A DNA stretch of 64,000 nt from Macrostomum lignano (GCA_002269645.1 NIVC01000111.1:289633-353632); one strand, 5' to 3'; positions 24,281 to 36,668 are shown, counted from the stretch's first letter. Numbers and translations are program-made. The notes: generated from the letters alone by a model not told the origin.

Positions 24281-24745
24281 CAGATGTGCAACCGACAGCT
24301 CAGCCGCAGCTATTGCGCGGCGCATCTGAAGGCTGCGTACGGCTGTTCAGTCCAAAGACTGGGGGGTCGCCACACACCCTCAATTACCCCCATGCTTGGG
24401 CGCAACCTAAGGATTCACCCGGCCGTTTCTATTGGCAACACACACATGTAAGTCGCTATTGGACGGAATAGTAGTCACGTGACTGTTCTCAGCCAATAGC
24501 GACTTACATGTGTGTTGCCAATAGAAACGGCCGGGTGATTCCCAAGGTTGCGCATGTATGATTACCCCAGCTTATGCTGGTGGCAACCATTTTACAGCTG
24601 GGAGAACTGTTCGAAGCAATGCATAGTTAAGTGTCCTGCTCCAAGGACACAGGTTGTTCTTAGTGGGATCGAGAAACGAACCCCCGAACTTTTTAGTCGT
24701 GAGTCCGATGCTCTTACTATTAGGCTACTAACAGACTACTAGACT
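24281..24745 (+). mobile_element. SINE-like element with L2/MIR-type 3' tail and an internal long hairpin (Hsp110 intron 3)
   Basis: Tail GTTAAGTGTCCTGCTCCAAGGACACAGG...GAACCCCCGAAC...AGTCGTGAGTCCGATGCTCTTACTATTAGGC resembles the MIR/L2 tail; ends in (ACTACTAG)2; first 33 bp recur identically at 5294-5326. Confidence 0.5.
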
Positions 24746-24820
24746 ACTAGGTATGACGATATGTTGTGTAGTTCAAATAATGACAACCAGATAAAATCAA
24801 ATACACACAAGAGCACTTAC

Positions 24821-25141
24821 CTGCAGGTGATTATGCCCCATATCAACAAAAGCAACATTTTTCGATGGTTTATCAACAGCCGGCAGGTCCTTCTTATAGA
24901 TGCCATAGTTGAGTCCGATAGCTGTGAGGTCGTTGATCAGCTTCAGACAGTTCAGCCCGGCAATGTGGGTGGCATCGAGCAGGGCCCGGCGCTCCCGGTC
25001 AGTCCAGTAGGTGGGCACATTCAGTACGCAGTCAACCACCGGGGTGCCCAGGTTGCTCTGGGCGACGGTTTTTAGCTTGGTGAGCAGCATAGCGGCCACC
25101 TGCTCAGCGCTGAATGTGGCTTCCTCGTTCAGGTAATTGAC
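24821..25141 (-). CDS. HSPA4: Hsp110 exon 3
   Basis: EQVAAMLLTKLK, DCVLNVPTYWTDRERR, AGLNCLKLIND, YGIYKKDLP, VAFVDMGH. Confidence 0.93.
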
Positions 25142-25184
25142 CTGAAGTTTGGAACATTTGGAATATCATTGAATAAAGTGATTG

Positions 25185-25810
25185 ATAGGACTACAGGAAT
25201 TGATAGATGGACTACAGAGATTGATAGATCAACTACAGAGATTGATAAATAAACTACAGAGATTGATAGATGGTCTACAGATATTGATATATGGACTACA
25301 AAGATTGATGGATGAACTACAGAGATTGATCGATGGACTACAGAGATTGATGGATGAACTACAGAGATTGATCGATGGACTACAGAGATTGGTCGATGGA
25401 TGAACTACAGAGATTGATAGATGAACTACAGAGATTGATAGATAAACTACAGAGATTGATAGATAAACTACAGAGATTGATAGATGGACTACAGAGATTG
25501 ATAGATAAACTACAGAGATTGATAGATGAACTACAGAGATTGATAGATAAACTACAGAGATTGATAGATAAACTACAGAGATTGATAGATGGACTACAGA
25601 GATTGATAGATGAACTACATAGACTGATAGATGAACTACAGAGACTGATAGATGGACTACAGAGATTGATAGATGGACTACAGAGACTGATAGGTGAACT
25701 ACAGAGATTGATAGATGGTCTACAGAGATTGATAGATGGACTACAGAGATTGATAGATGGACTACAGAGATTGATAGATGGACTACAGAGACTGATAGAT
25801 AAATCACTGA
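25185..25810. repeat. 21-bp minisatellite in Hsp110 intron 2
   Basis: Unit ACTACAGAGATTGATAGATGG. Confidence 0.95.
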
Positions 25811-25910
25811 GATCGATAGATGGTTCAATGAGATTGGATTTGTAAACCATGGACTTAAAAAGAAACAGATAGATATAAATGAAAGCAATATTTTAGTGCT
25901 AATGACTCAC

Positions 25911-26109
25911 TTTAAATCCAACGGAGCCATTCTCCAGTTTAACTAAATTATACGGAGTAAACGGCAGCTCAGCTTGCACTGACGGATCGTCAAAGTTTTT
26001 ACCTAGGAAGCGCGTGAATCCATGAATTGTGTCGCGCGGGTTGGTCAGCACTCGCTGCTTGGCAGAATTGCCAATAAAACGAATTGAATCAGAGAATGAC
26101 ACGCAGGAT
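25911..26109 (-). CDS. HSPA4: Hsp110 exon 2
   Basis: tttag|A TCC TGC GTG (SCVSF...RFIGNSAKQ); donor AAA|gtgagt. Confidence 0.92.
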
Positions 26110-27224
26110 CTAAAATTTAAAGTGTGGAAATAATTGGAGTTTTTGTGGATATAGGTGAAAGTAAGTCAACTATTAAACTTATAACACTTGGATGAAACTG
26201 AGTAAAAAAGGTCCTCGACAAGAAAGAGGCTTATAGAATTTTACCTACCCAACCTTCAGTAGAACCCATAGCTCTACTAAAGATTATAGGTTGATACAAA
26301 GTCAGGCTACTAGATTTTGATCTGCCAATTTAGTTTTAAAATCATATCTCCTACTAGTAGGATTTTGCTAAAAGCCACAAATGGCAATATGAGCTTTGCC
26401 ATTGGAAAGGATCTGAATTTTAATTATTTAAAAAACTATTTAAAAAGTTGCCTCTAAAGTTAAGAATGGAGGCAACAGCCTCAACCAAGAAGGGTACAAT
26501 GACAAAAATGTGATGGTCTCAACTGCAGAAAATTGCCCAGTTGAGACACTAAGGATGTATCTAAGTAAGCAAAATGAGTCAATTTCTAGTAGCACCTCTG
26601 GTGCTACTCCAGGCATGCTTTTCTTTTTGAAGCCAAAAGTTTCCAACTGGAAAACATTGAATTAGTATTATGCTAAATAAATAGCCTATCAATGTCAACA
26701 CCTTGGCAAGTCTAATGTCAACCATTTCTTAAGCTGCTAGACTTATAAGACTATCATTGGTACACCACCCACTGCGTGCATTTAATAGTTATAAGAGAAC
26801 TTGCCTATACTAGCTTCTCAAATGCTGACATTTGCAAGATCACTAGCCACAAGAACATACAAATGGTAAAGTGCTATTTGATGTTAGGCAATTGATGAGA
26901 AACTTATATGTATGCCATATGTCAACAGTTGCATCAGGCCATGCACTCCAATCCAATATGAGTAGCCATTTTGGAGCAGATTGAAGATTAAGCTATTGCA
27001 ATTACTGAAGAGGCAATTAATGGCTTGGCTTTACAAGTGACAATTAATTTGTATGGACCATTTCATGGTTGCCTATTCAATATTAGAAAGTAAGTAAGCA
27101 ATTGATATTTAGACAAAGAAAATATTTGATTAATTGTCTGAAAATTATTAAGCTATTCTGTTGTTTTATCCATTTAAAGTATATTCCATAATACTTTTGA
27201 TAATGGCATATACTGCTACTGCTG

Positions 27225-28275
27225 CTGGCGGTTCCGGCCGAAGTCGTCATATTTGAGATCGTCATCTGCAGCTTACGAGAAAAACAACTAAATTATCTGC
27301 ATTTTATCTGCATCTGCGATTTTATGCTGCATTCACTAAATCGTCATATTGTGTTGCATTGGCTACGCAAGGATCTTAGCTCATGGCGACAGCGTGTTCT
27401 TGTTTGCCAACAAATTAAAACAATTTATAGTGTATTCTCAGTAGTCATGTGTGGCAGTTAGGTGCCACTTAATTGATATTTGAACTAATAACCATTACTT
27501 TAATAACTCATCTAAAAGGAAAACTACTACAAACGTTTAATTTTTGTCCACTCATTGTTCAATTTTTGTCACATTTCCATTGACTGGAGGTTCCAGAAAT
27601 TGTTCTGTTCTTCCTTTGGTTGGAAAAGTAGTTTTCCCCTACTGGAATCTTGGTCAAAACTTTTGTTTTAATTTTGTTGCTTGCATGTTTGTGAGCCATT
27701 CCATCAGTAGTCTCCACGCATGGGATTTTTGGTCCAGTAGTGTGTCCAGTGGCACCCCCACCTGTTGATTGTAACCTCCTTTTTTAATATTTATACTGCC
27801 TTGATGTGCCGCCTAATTTTCAACCCCCTTTTCCTTTTTCTTTTTTTGTTTTTTTCCTTTTGCATTCGAATAGTTCAAATTTATTTATTAGTTTTGTGCA
27901 CTTTAGACTTAGTTTTATTTTATAGTTTTATTAGATTTATTAGACTTGAAAACCCGGCTGTCGGAGCAAGCAGGAGAAAGAAAATTTTGTTGTGATTTGT
28001 CTGCACGATTTCTCCAGATTAATTCGTGCAAATGCAACGCCGACCTTGATTGCTGATGCAGCAATCAGGGATGAATCAGCATTAATTGACATAGTTAATA
28101 GAAAAATTACAGGTGCATATGCAAGGGATTTTTGCCCAAAGGTAGGAAAATCCTAAATTAATACACCCTTGGCTTTGGTCAAAGTCATCATATTTAAATG
28201 TTTAAGTCTTCGAGATTTGTTCAAGTCATCATCATCATATGACAATTTTGAATATGACAATTTTGGCTATACCCC
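27225..28275. mobile_element. Possible non-autonomous DNA transposon with degenerate terminal inverted repeats
   Basis: GCCGAAGTCGTCATATTTGAGATCGTCAT near 27236 versus the reverse complement of ATGACAATTTTGAATATGACAATTTTGGC near 28240-28268; no coding capacity, no clear TSD. Confidence 0.3.
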
Positions 28276-29258
28276 TGCTGGCCGCCTCCTATTGATGAAG
28301 AAGGTAGCCCATTTAATGCATGATTTTATCATTTGATTCAGACTTTTTGGTTGGTGCCATAGATTTTAGATAGGATTTAACATTGCATAAACATTGCTTT
28401 TTGACATTGCAATTGTGTTACAATTATTACTATTTTTATATAAATAACAAGCTGTTGAAACCCGCGGATTTTGAACCCGGGGAATTCAAATCCCCGGAAC
28501 CATTTTTGCATGTATTTTAAAATCCAAAGTCATACTCAAAACTTGTTAATAGTTGGATAGAGGTGTGAACGAAACTTGGTATAAATGTGTATTAAAAAGT
28601 ATATTTCTAGAATAGAATAAAGCAGAACAGAATAGAAACTAAGACTACACAAACGTTTACATCATCAGGACAGTATAGAATCTATCTGAATATTTTTAAG
28701 TAAAGGAGATGGGATCAATACGTAGCTTTCAAGCATAACAAAAAAGAAGCTGTACAGCAGTTGCTGTCTAAGACTAAGTAAAAAAAGAAAAGTAATTGTA
28801 CTGTTTAAGTAGGCTATTCTAGAGAAACTAAGCAGAGTGAATATGCAGGACAACAGCAAAACCGATAAGGAACAATAACATATTTGGGGAGTGATAAAAA
28901 ACATTTTAGTATTGAAACTGCAAATTAACAGTAGAAGTACCAAGCTTTATTCTGCCAACTTTCTTTGCAAATCAATCTTCTAGTTCTAGTCCAGTCTGGA
29001 ACGAAAGTTATTTGACTCTTGCTTTAGTAGGTTAGCAAAGTCCTTGAGTTCGTGTTCAGGGGTTCGTCCACTCTAGCAAGAAAGTTTGAAAAAATTAGCT
29101 AGAAAAAATATTTAAATAGGGGAACTTGGTACGTCTGCTGCTGATTAAGGTAGTTCTCAATAAAATTAACAAATAGATAAAAGTTCAGCTTTAAGATGAG
29201 TTATGCTTTTGTCAGTGAAAAGTGAATATAGTTCAGTTGTAATAACTTTCACAGATGT

Positions 29259-32200
29259 TTATCGCAGTGCCTGAGGATACACCAGATTCCTTGTTCTCCC
29301 CCTGGGAGCAAGGATGAAGAGGCCAGCTGGACTTCCAACGCGTGAGCATGCAACATAAAGTTGGCCATGTGAGAAGCAGGGTGACTCCAAGTTGATTCCG
29401 GCCACCTTTAGCGACTGTCCTTGGGCTTTGTTGATGGTCATGGCAAAGCAGACCTTCACTGGGAACTGTACTCGCTTGAATTGAAAAGGCAGGTCCGATG
29501 GAATAATTGGAATTCTTGGAATAAACACAGACTGCCCTTTGCCGGATCCTGTCACGATTGTTGCCTCAATCACATTCGGAAAGAGTTGCTTGACGATTAG
29601 CCTGGTGCCATTGCACAGCTTCGGGGCATTTAAATTGCGCAGTAGCATAATTGGTGCACCCACTTTTAACTGGAGGTTGTGCGATGGCGTTCCAGGAGGC
29701 TCTAGAGAGTTCAAGAACTCAATTGGAAACTCCACAGCATTTTCATCAGTCATTGTTGTGTCAATTGACTTGTAGCTGGTGGCATTGCCAGGCAGCTCAT
29801 TGAGCAGTTGGGAGTTGATACCATTAGCTGCGTCATTCCTGGGACACAAAATGGCTCTCTCTGACAGCCAGTTAATGTCAGAAAATCTGTGCGACAGGTT
29901 TAGGTAAACTTTAGCCTTGAGCTCCTGCACAGAAGATACGATTGTACCGAATGCAGCAATTGGTGAAAGCCCATCTTCAGGACTGACCTCCAGTTGGCCA
30001 TCACCAATTTGCAAAAGATTGATAGAAAACTGATGAGCCGTTTCATCGCCATAAACTGCAGCCCTCATGTTGGTTCGCAAGTGCAGCTTTTCAACTGATG
30101 GCCACAGATGCGAAGATTTGAGGCATGCATTGATCTCATCGGCTGGGGTACCGCGCGGAATTACAGGCAACGTCTGTCTAAAGTCTCCAGAGAGCAGCAG
30201 GGTGACACCACCCATTAGCTGGTTGTTGCCCCGAAGATCCTTTAGCGTCAGGTTGAGTGCTTCAAAAGCCAGTTTGTGGGACATGGTACACTCATCCCAG
30301 ACAATAAGCTTGCAGGCTTGCAATAATCTGGCAGTGCCGCTGTTCTTCTTGATGTTGCACAGGGGATTTTCAACTCTTGACAGATCAAGTGGCAATTTTA
30401 GTGCTGAGTGAGCAGTGCGACCACCTGGAAGTAGCGTGGCTGCGATTCCAGAGGAAGCGACAGCAATTGCAATGTCGCCTCCGTGTCTAACCCTTGACAG
30501 AAGGAGGTTAATCAGAAAAGTTTTTCCTGTCCCACCTGGAGCATCCAGGAAAAGTATTCCTCCTAAATTGTCATTCACTCTTCGCAGTACCTCTTGGTAC
30601 GCCTCTGCCTGCTCAGGTAGTAGGCGGGGCTCATTTTCCTCAATGAACTGATGAAGCTGCTCGCGGTCAAAGCTAGTTTCTCGCAGCATCTCCCTACTCA
30701 AATTCTCTTGTTGATGCCTTGGAGGTGTTGGAAGTCCAAAAATGTGCAAGGGACGATCTGTCAGTTCTAAAACCTTATCCTCAATGCGCAGCAAGGCCTC
30801 GTTGAATACTGCCTCTGTGAAGGGCAATTCCTGCTCCTGTACCAACTGTCGCGCCCGATGGAGAATGTCCTCAGCCATATCTTCCTTGAAGTCTTCCCAA
30901 AGCTGAAGAGGATTAGAAAGACCACAGGTGGCAATCAGAATAGCAAAGAGGTCTCGCATTTGGCCTGCTGAGCGCACCACAGACGCTTCTTGCATTGTGC
31001 TTCTCCACTGCGCATCGTCTTCTAGAAGTCCCATTCGATGACACGCTTCTTGATAAGTTAAGCAGATCTGACCTTCTACCGTCTTGATGTGCTGAAATGA
31101 CATCGGGCCAACTACATTGTGCAGTAGCATGCGCAGGTAAAAACACTCGCGATGATTTGGGTGCACCGTGTAGACTCTAGACAGTGCATCTGTTTGCCGC
31201 ATTCCTGGATGGCCTGGAACTGCAGCGCCTTGAACTCGTCGTTTCCAACTTTTCGAAGAGGCATTCCACGTGTAATATGTAGGTACCTGATGGTATAGCA
31301 AGGTTCTGGCAAAGGCATCTTCAGCACACAACTTAAAAAAGGCAGTGAGTGTAGTGCCCGGTGGTCGCTGACCTCGCTGCATCATGTTTTCCTCGGTAAA
31401 GTATACTCTTTGACCATTCTCCAGGTGCACGCTGAGGTGCATGACAGTTGGGTGACGTTCATGAATTGAGAAACCAAAAATTCGCCACATAGCTTCATTT
31501 GAGCTGATGTACCGTCCACTCTCGTAGCGGGCCACCTCATCGCGCTCAGCTCCTTGCCTTTCAAGGCCAAACACTGCCTGGTCGCTGCCCTTGTTGACAT
31601 ACTTGCAAATGTACTTGATTGACTTGACTGAGTTGCAGTATTCAACATTGATGTGTGCGTTGAACACTTTTGAAAGGAGTGGGCAGTAGGGAACGACCCA
31701 CCTGTTGTCCAAATTGACCTCCTCAGTCTGTCCATTTGCACGTAAGATTATTGGAAAGGTGAAGCCACCGTCCTCAGGTGACCTTCTTCGATACAACGGG
31801 TATCCATCTTCGCCGGTCACTGTCTCGCGCAGCAGAGCCTTGGGAAATTTCTTGGAGCAACGGCCATCTACCATGCAAGGCGAATCTGGCTTCAGACGGC
31901 CGCATGGTCCATGAATCATCTGCCTAGTGACGATTTGGTAGAGCTGAGGGTCCTCGTTTGGATCAGGAATCTCAGCTCGGATAACGCTATCAATTTGATT
32001 CGGTCTAATCCGGTTCCGTAGCCAAATCAGAATATGCGCGTGTGGCAGTCCCCGTTTCTGCCATTCGATCGTGTACATGTCGCATCTAGTAGGCCCAAAG
32101 ATAGCTCCTTTGGTAATGAATTCCATCAGTTGTTTCAATTTCAGTTGAAAAACTCGGGCCACTAAGTCGTGTCTATCCTGACTTTGCTGTCCCGGCATGA

Positions 32201-34085
32201 GCTCTGATTTAAGCTCATTCCATGCACTGTTGCAGGTGAAAGTAATAAAGAGGTCGGGGCGACCGTACTTTCTTACGTAAGTCATGGCGTCTTGTGTCCG
32301 CTCATGCATGTAGCGTGGGCCACCAGTAAATGAAGAGGGCAAAATAACCATTTGGCCAATTTCATTCGGATTTCTCTCTCCGGCAATAGCGTCTCGAAGA
32401 TGAATGTACTCTTCTACTCTAAGCTTCTTTTGGTTAAAGCGGATGAAATTCAGTCGCTCGCACTCAATTTTAGCGTACATGTCCACAGCAAACTGCAGCA
32501 GTAGCTTTCGACAACGTAGAATGTAGTTGAAACTTCCTTCACGAACCATGAGCCGATAAGCGTAGAAGTCCATTGCCGACACTTTCTTTGTGGCTGATGG
32601 ATTTTCGGTGCGAATGTCAGTCTGTGGGATATCGAAATGATATCCGTCTTCGCCTTCCCAGAAAATAAGAGGGTACTGCAGAGCATCATACCCCCTGTGC
32701 ATCTCAGATATCCTGGTTAACTGGTTGCTTCGCAGTTCCAAAACAATGTCTCGCTTTTCAAATTGTTGACCAACAATTTGAATGGCAACGTCGTCAACAA
32801 CAGGTGCATTGAATCTTCTTTCGTGTTGGCCAGCAGGCGTCTTTGTTGCGTGAATGACAACTCGAAGTTCCTCTACATTTTGAGGTAGCCGCTCCATAGC
32901 AGTTTTGAAATCGCGCACGTACTTGTTATGCGCATGCATAATTTCCTGTAGCTCAAAAACAATGTTAGGTTTCACACCTGGAGCAATCCTACATCGGCGC
33001 TCAACTTCCTCGTGGCTGTCTCCCATGAAGTAGATCTGCAGGAACTTTGGCTCCTCTCCTTGCAGCGGCATCAACGATCCCACCAGATGGTACACCTGCC
33101 CTTGGACTTTAAAAGTAGGCATGAAGCCTGGCTCTTCAACTATTCTTTCAGCTCCAAAAGAAGTGAACTGAAAACAGCTATTGTATCGTCGAATGTTGGA
33201 CAGAAAATGATCCGATTCCTCAGAGTTACCCAGCAACAAATGGCGAAGATAGTCTGGTAGATTCTCATTCAGAGGAGTGAGTCTGACTTTTCCATTGCTA
33301 CAACACATGCCAGGTGTCTCATTTGCCCACCTCAACGCATTGCAACGCTGGCATTTCTTCGACATTCTTTCGATAGCAAGCTTTGGGTGGCTGCTATAAA
33401 CAAAAGTAGGATCATAATTTAGAGCAAAGCTTAGGGCCCAAGGAGGTGGTCCAATTGCTTGCTCAGATTTGTCATGGGCAACGTCTTGCTCAATAAATCG
33501 ATAGGCCGCAGCGCGTTCTCTGTGGCGTCTTCGATCGTCTTCACGGCGCACTCCAGCTTCACCCGTCGTTTCATTGCGTCGTGCCTCTGCGGTCTGATCT
33601 CTGTCCCGTTCCTGTCGTTGCTGAGTCTGGACAGTCGTTTCATTGCGTCGTGCCTCTGCAGTCTGATCTCTGTCCCGTTCCTGTCGTTGCTGAGTCTGAA
33701 CAGTCGTTTCATTGCGTCGTGCCTCGGCTGTTTGCTGTCTTTTTTGTTCACGTCGTCTTTCTTCCCAATTTGCAGCCCTGAGAGGAACCTGTGTACCTCC
33801 AGTTCCATCGGAAGTGCTGGCGCCGGCTGCTGATGTCGATGATCTTGTCGGTGGTCGAAGGCTTCTTTTCTGGGCTTGTTCTCCTAATGCACTTGCACTC
33901 GATCTGGCCTGGGCAGAGCTACCTGTGTTGTCTGCTTCCTCTGTGCTATGTGATGTTCCTGCTTCAGCCGCATTGCTTTGCCTTGCAGATCTCCATCGTC
34001 TAGCTGCAGCAGCATACATGCGCAACAGTCGGCCGAGTCGGCCGATCCGGCCGACCGATTTGGCGGCCAACCAAAGAAGTCGCAA
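29259..34085 (-). CDS. Helitron Rep/helicase (HUH endonuclease plus PIF1 SF1 helicase), 1608 aa
   Basis: PDLFITFTCN, EWQKRGLPHAH (HUH), KYICKYVNKG, helicase DAPGGTGKTF, VWDECTM, GDFRQTLPV, TINKAQGQS, HGQLYVACSRV; three N-terminal 24-aa repeats. Start codon uncertain. Confidence 0.95.
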   Translation of the reverse strand: MRLLWLAAKSVGRIGRLGRLLRMYAAAARRWRSARQSNAAEAGTSHSTEEADNTGSSAQARSSASALGEQAQKRSLRPPTRSSTSAAGASTSDGTGGTQVPLRAANWEERRREQKRQQTAEARRNETTVQTQQRQERDRDQTAEARRNETTVQTQQRQERDRDQTAEARRNETTGEAGVRREDDRRRHRERAAAYRFIEQDVAHDKSEQAIGPPPWALSFALNYDPTFVYSSHPKLAIERMSKKCQRCNALRWANETPGMCCSNGKVRLTPLNENLPDYLRHLLLGNSEESDHFLSNIRRYNSCFQFTSFGAERIVEEPGFMPTFKVQGQVYHLVGSLMPLQGEEPKFLQIYFMGDSHEEVERRCRIAPGVKPNIVFELQEIMHAHNKYVRDFKTAMERLPQNVEELRVVIHATKTPAGQHERRFNAPVVDDVAIQIVGQQFEKRDIVLELRSNQLTRISEMHRGYDALQYPLIFWEGEDGYHFDIPQTDIRTENPSATKKVSAMDFYAYRLMVREGSFNYILRCRKLLLQFAVDMYAKIECERLNFIRFNQKKLRVEEYIHLRDAIAGERNPNEIGQMVILPSSFTGGPRYMHERTQDAMTYVRKYGRPDLFITFTCNSAWNELKSELMPGQQSQDRHDLVARVFQLKLKQLMEFITKGAIFGPTRCDMYTIEWQKRGLPHAHILIWLRNRIRPNQIDSVIRAEIPDPNEDPQLYQIVTRQMIHGPCGRLKPDSPCMVDGRCSKKFPKALLRETVTGEDGYPLYRRRSPEDGGFTFPIILRANGQTEEVNLDNRWVVPYCPLLSKVFNAHINVEYCNSVKSIKYICKYVNKGSDQAVFGLERQGAERDEVARYESGRYISSNEAMWRIFGFSIHERHPTVMHLSVHLENGQRVYFTEENMMQRGQRPPGTTLTAFFKLCAEDAFARTLLYHQVPTYYTWNASSKSWKRRVQGAAVPGHPGMRQTDALSRVYTVHPNHRECFYLRMLLHNVVGPMSFQHIKTVEGQICLTYQEACHRMGLLEDDAQWRSTMQEASVVRSAGQMRDLFAILIATCGLSNPLQLWEDFKEDMAEDILHRARQLVQEQELPFTEAVFNEALLRIEDKVLELTDRPLHIFGLPTPPRHQQENLSREMLRETSFDREQLHQFIEENEPRLLPEQAEAYQEVLRRVNDNLGGILFLDAPGGTGKTFLINLLLSRVRHGGDIAIAVASSGIAATLLPGGRTAHSALKLPLDLSRVENPLCNIKKNSGTARLLQACKLIVWDECTMSHKLAFEALNLTLKDLRGNNQLMGGVTLLLSGDFRQTLPVIPRGTPADEINACLKSSHLWPSVEKLHLRTNMRAAVYGDETAHQFSINLLQIGDGQLEVSPEDGLSPIAAFGTIVSSVQELKAKVYLNLSHRFSDINWLSERAILCPRNDAANGINSQLLNELPGNATSYKSIDTTMTDENAVEFPIEFLNSLEPPGTPSHNLQLKVGAPIMLLRNLNAPKLCNGTRLIVKQLFPNVIEATIVTGSGKGQSVFIPRIPIIPSDLPFQFKRVQFPVKVCFAMTINKAQGQSLKVAGINLESPCFSHGQLYVACSRVGSPAGLFILAPRGRTRNLVYPQALR

Positions 34086-34483
34086 AAATGCCCACCCGAA
34101 ACACCAGTAGTACTAAGTAGCTGACGAGGCATTTTGGCTTAATAAAACAGTGATAGTTACTCCTGCCGTTTACCTAAAGTTGCGTTAATTTTGCTTTCGG
34201 TTTTTTTTACATGTAAGTCGCATTTTTGGCCAAAAACTACGTCGCATTTTTGTTACAACTAAGTCGCACGGCCGACCGAATTTTGGAGACTGCGCACGTA
34301 TGTGCAGCAGTGAAATGACCCAATGCGCTTTTCTTTGGGGGCATTTGAATTTTAAAGTGCCTTTAAATAGGACTTAGTGTTACAAATTCTATTTTGTGTG
34401 ACTAATTCAGGAATCAGGATTGCATCGTATCGCTTTTTGTACCACAGTACAACTATGCTAGTCTTATCGATTGCCATCTTCCT

Positions 34484-36140
34484 CATCCACTGCTAAACTG
34501 TAGGGTTAGACTTAGACCTGTACGAATTGTAGGACAGGGATTAGCAGGGACGGATTTAGGGAGGAGGGCGAAGAGCGCAACCCCCGTCAGTTTTGTGTAT
34601 CCCAGATAAAAGATGTGTGCATTCCCCATCGGAAATTTCTCTAGAATTTAGAAGTTAGAATTTCTCACCAAACTGTCCTTTGCTATCGATCTGTGCCTCC
34701 AACATGGTCCGCGCTTTCGTCCCCTTGGAGCAGGCGGAGGCGACTCCCTACCTGGGGTAAATGGACCATATCTTCCCTACCAAGGAACTATCCGCGGCAG
34801 CCCAGCTTATCCCAGCCTAGCCAGTGTCCCTTGGGCATGCAGGGAAGGCCAAAAATAATGTCATTCAAAAACGGTGTACAGTGTATACTAAGCCCTACCC
34901 CCTGTTCTGGGGGAATGAGTGCGTGAGCCGCTTTTCTCATCCACTGTTAAACTTGCAGAGTTAGGCCTACACAGATGAAGGAGGGAGGAGATGTAGAAAA
35001 TGTCATAGAAAATATCAGAATTAGGGCAGTGGTTAGAATTCCTCGCTAAACTGCCATCTTATAGCCTCTTCACTGGGGCAGAGAGTTGTTCTAAACAAAG
35101 TTGTTCTAAACACTACATTGTTGCGTGCACACTGACCCTGGTATGGGGAAATGAGTGAGAGGCTTGCTCTCTTTCTGCTGTACTGTACTGCACTGAATCT
35201 GGCATTTAATTTTTTTATTTTAAGTGGCTTAAGTAAAACTTAAGAAATGTTAAAATTTGCATTTTTGTTACTTATTCAGTAGAACTTTATCTATATCGCT
35301 TTTTCAGAGATTTTTTGCTTTTACAAACTATGATGACTGTCTATTGATTCTGTCAAACTGTTAAACTGCTGGTTGGCAGGTTGGGCAAGCTTAGAACAGT
35401 TTGGTGAGAAGTTCTAACCAAAGCCTTTTCCACTGTGCTGACTGGGCCTGAGGAGGGGGCGCAATAAAGTCGAAGCTAATTTCCAAATCACTACACACTG
35501 CTGGCCTACCCCTTTGTTCTGGGGGAATGAGTAAGAGTTAAGAGCGGCCTAACACCAGAAAAAAACAGCCAAACTTCTCACGCTTACAGTTTTTTTTTCT
35601 GATAGAGTTACAGAGTTGAGACTTTATAATTAGAGCATGCACTCTGCAGCAGTCTAACAACCAAGGAAATACGCATTTCTTAGGAGCCATTTAAATTTTA
35701 AAGTTACCCTATGCGAATCTTAATGTTAAAAGCTTCATGCTGTAACTAACTAATTTAGTAGGATTGCATTGTAATCAGTTATTCATTAATTTTTTGCTAT
35801 TTTTACAAACCATCCCACATTGTCTTGACTTTTGATTTGCCATCCACTGTTAAACTGCTGCAGACTTGTGTCTATACAGAGGATAGTGGTTTGAATCTCT
35901 CGCTAAACTCTCTCCTCTCTACGCCTCTCCACTCGCGGGGTACAGAGAAGGCTATTAAAAAGTTATTCCAAAACACTGTACATTTGCTATGTACATTCAG
36001 TCCTATCGCCTGACCCTTCGTCTGGCTCTGGGGGAATGAGTGAGTGAGTGGCACAAACAACAGAAAAAGCAGACAAACTTCACGTGCTTACAGTTTCTGT
36101 TCTGATTGGGTTACAGAGTTGAAATTTTACATTTTGACAG
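34484..36140. repeat. Diverged subterminal repeats inside the Helitron 5' region
   Basis: CATCCACTG(C/T)TAAACT at about 34484, 34938 and 35841; (C)TGGGG(G/A)AATGAGT at about 34907, 35143, 35519 and 36026. Confidence 0.7.
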
Positions 36141-36627
36141 AGAATGAGTCAATGAAGAATTGTGTCAAGTTTGAAGTCAATCGCTTTACGTGGAGAAAAC
36201 TTATGGCAGCTGAAAGTTAGTCAATTTTGAAACCATTTTACACATCTGGGCCCAGATCGGGAAAGAGAGGCAGGCGGGCGGAGGTTGGGGTGGTTGCTAC
36301 GCTGAAAAAAACAGCCCAACTTTAAGAGTGCACAGCGGCTTTCAGGATTAACTTTAAGATTTGAAATTTTACACGATTGTGTCAAAATAGTTGAAAATTG
36401 TCTGTATCAAATTTGAAGAGAATCGGTAGAATTGGAGCGGCGCTATGGAGGATTTAGTGAAAAAATCGCGCATTTTGAGCAGTTTTTTGTACTTTTAGGT
36501 TGGAAGACTTGAGTCTAGGAAATTAAAAGGTAGCCTAAGACATTCTCCGTAGTAAGTTTAGGGTGGGTGTAAAGTTTGGTGTAATTTGGTTGAGCGGTTT
36601 GGGAGTCCATAGCGAAGTAATTTGTCC

Positions 36628-36668
<41 letters not shown>

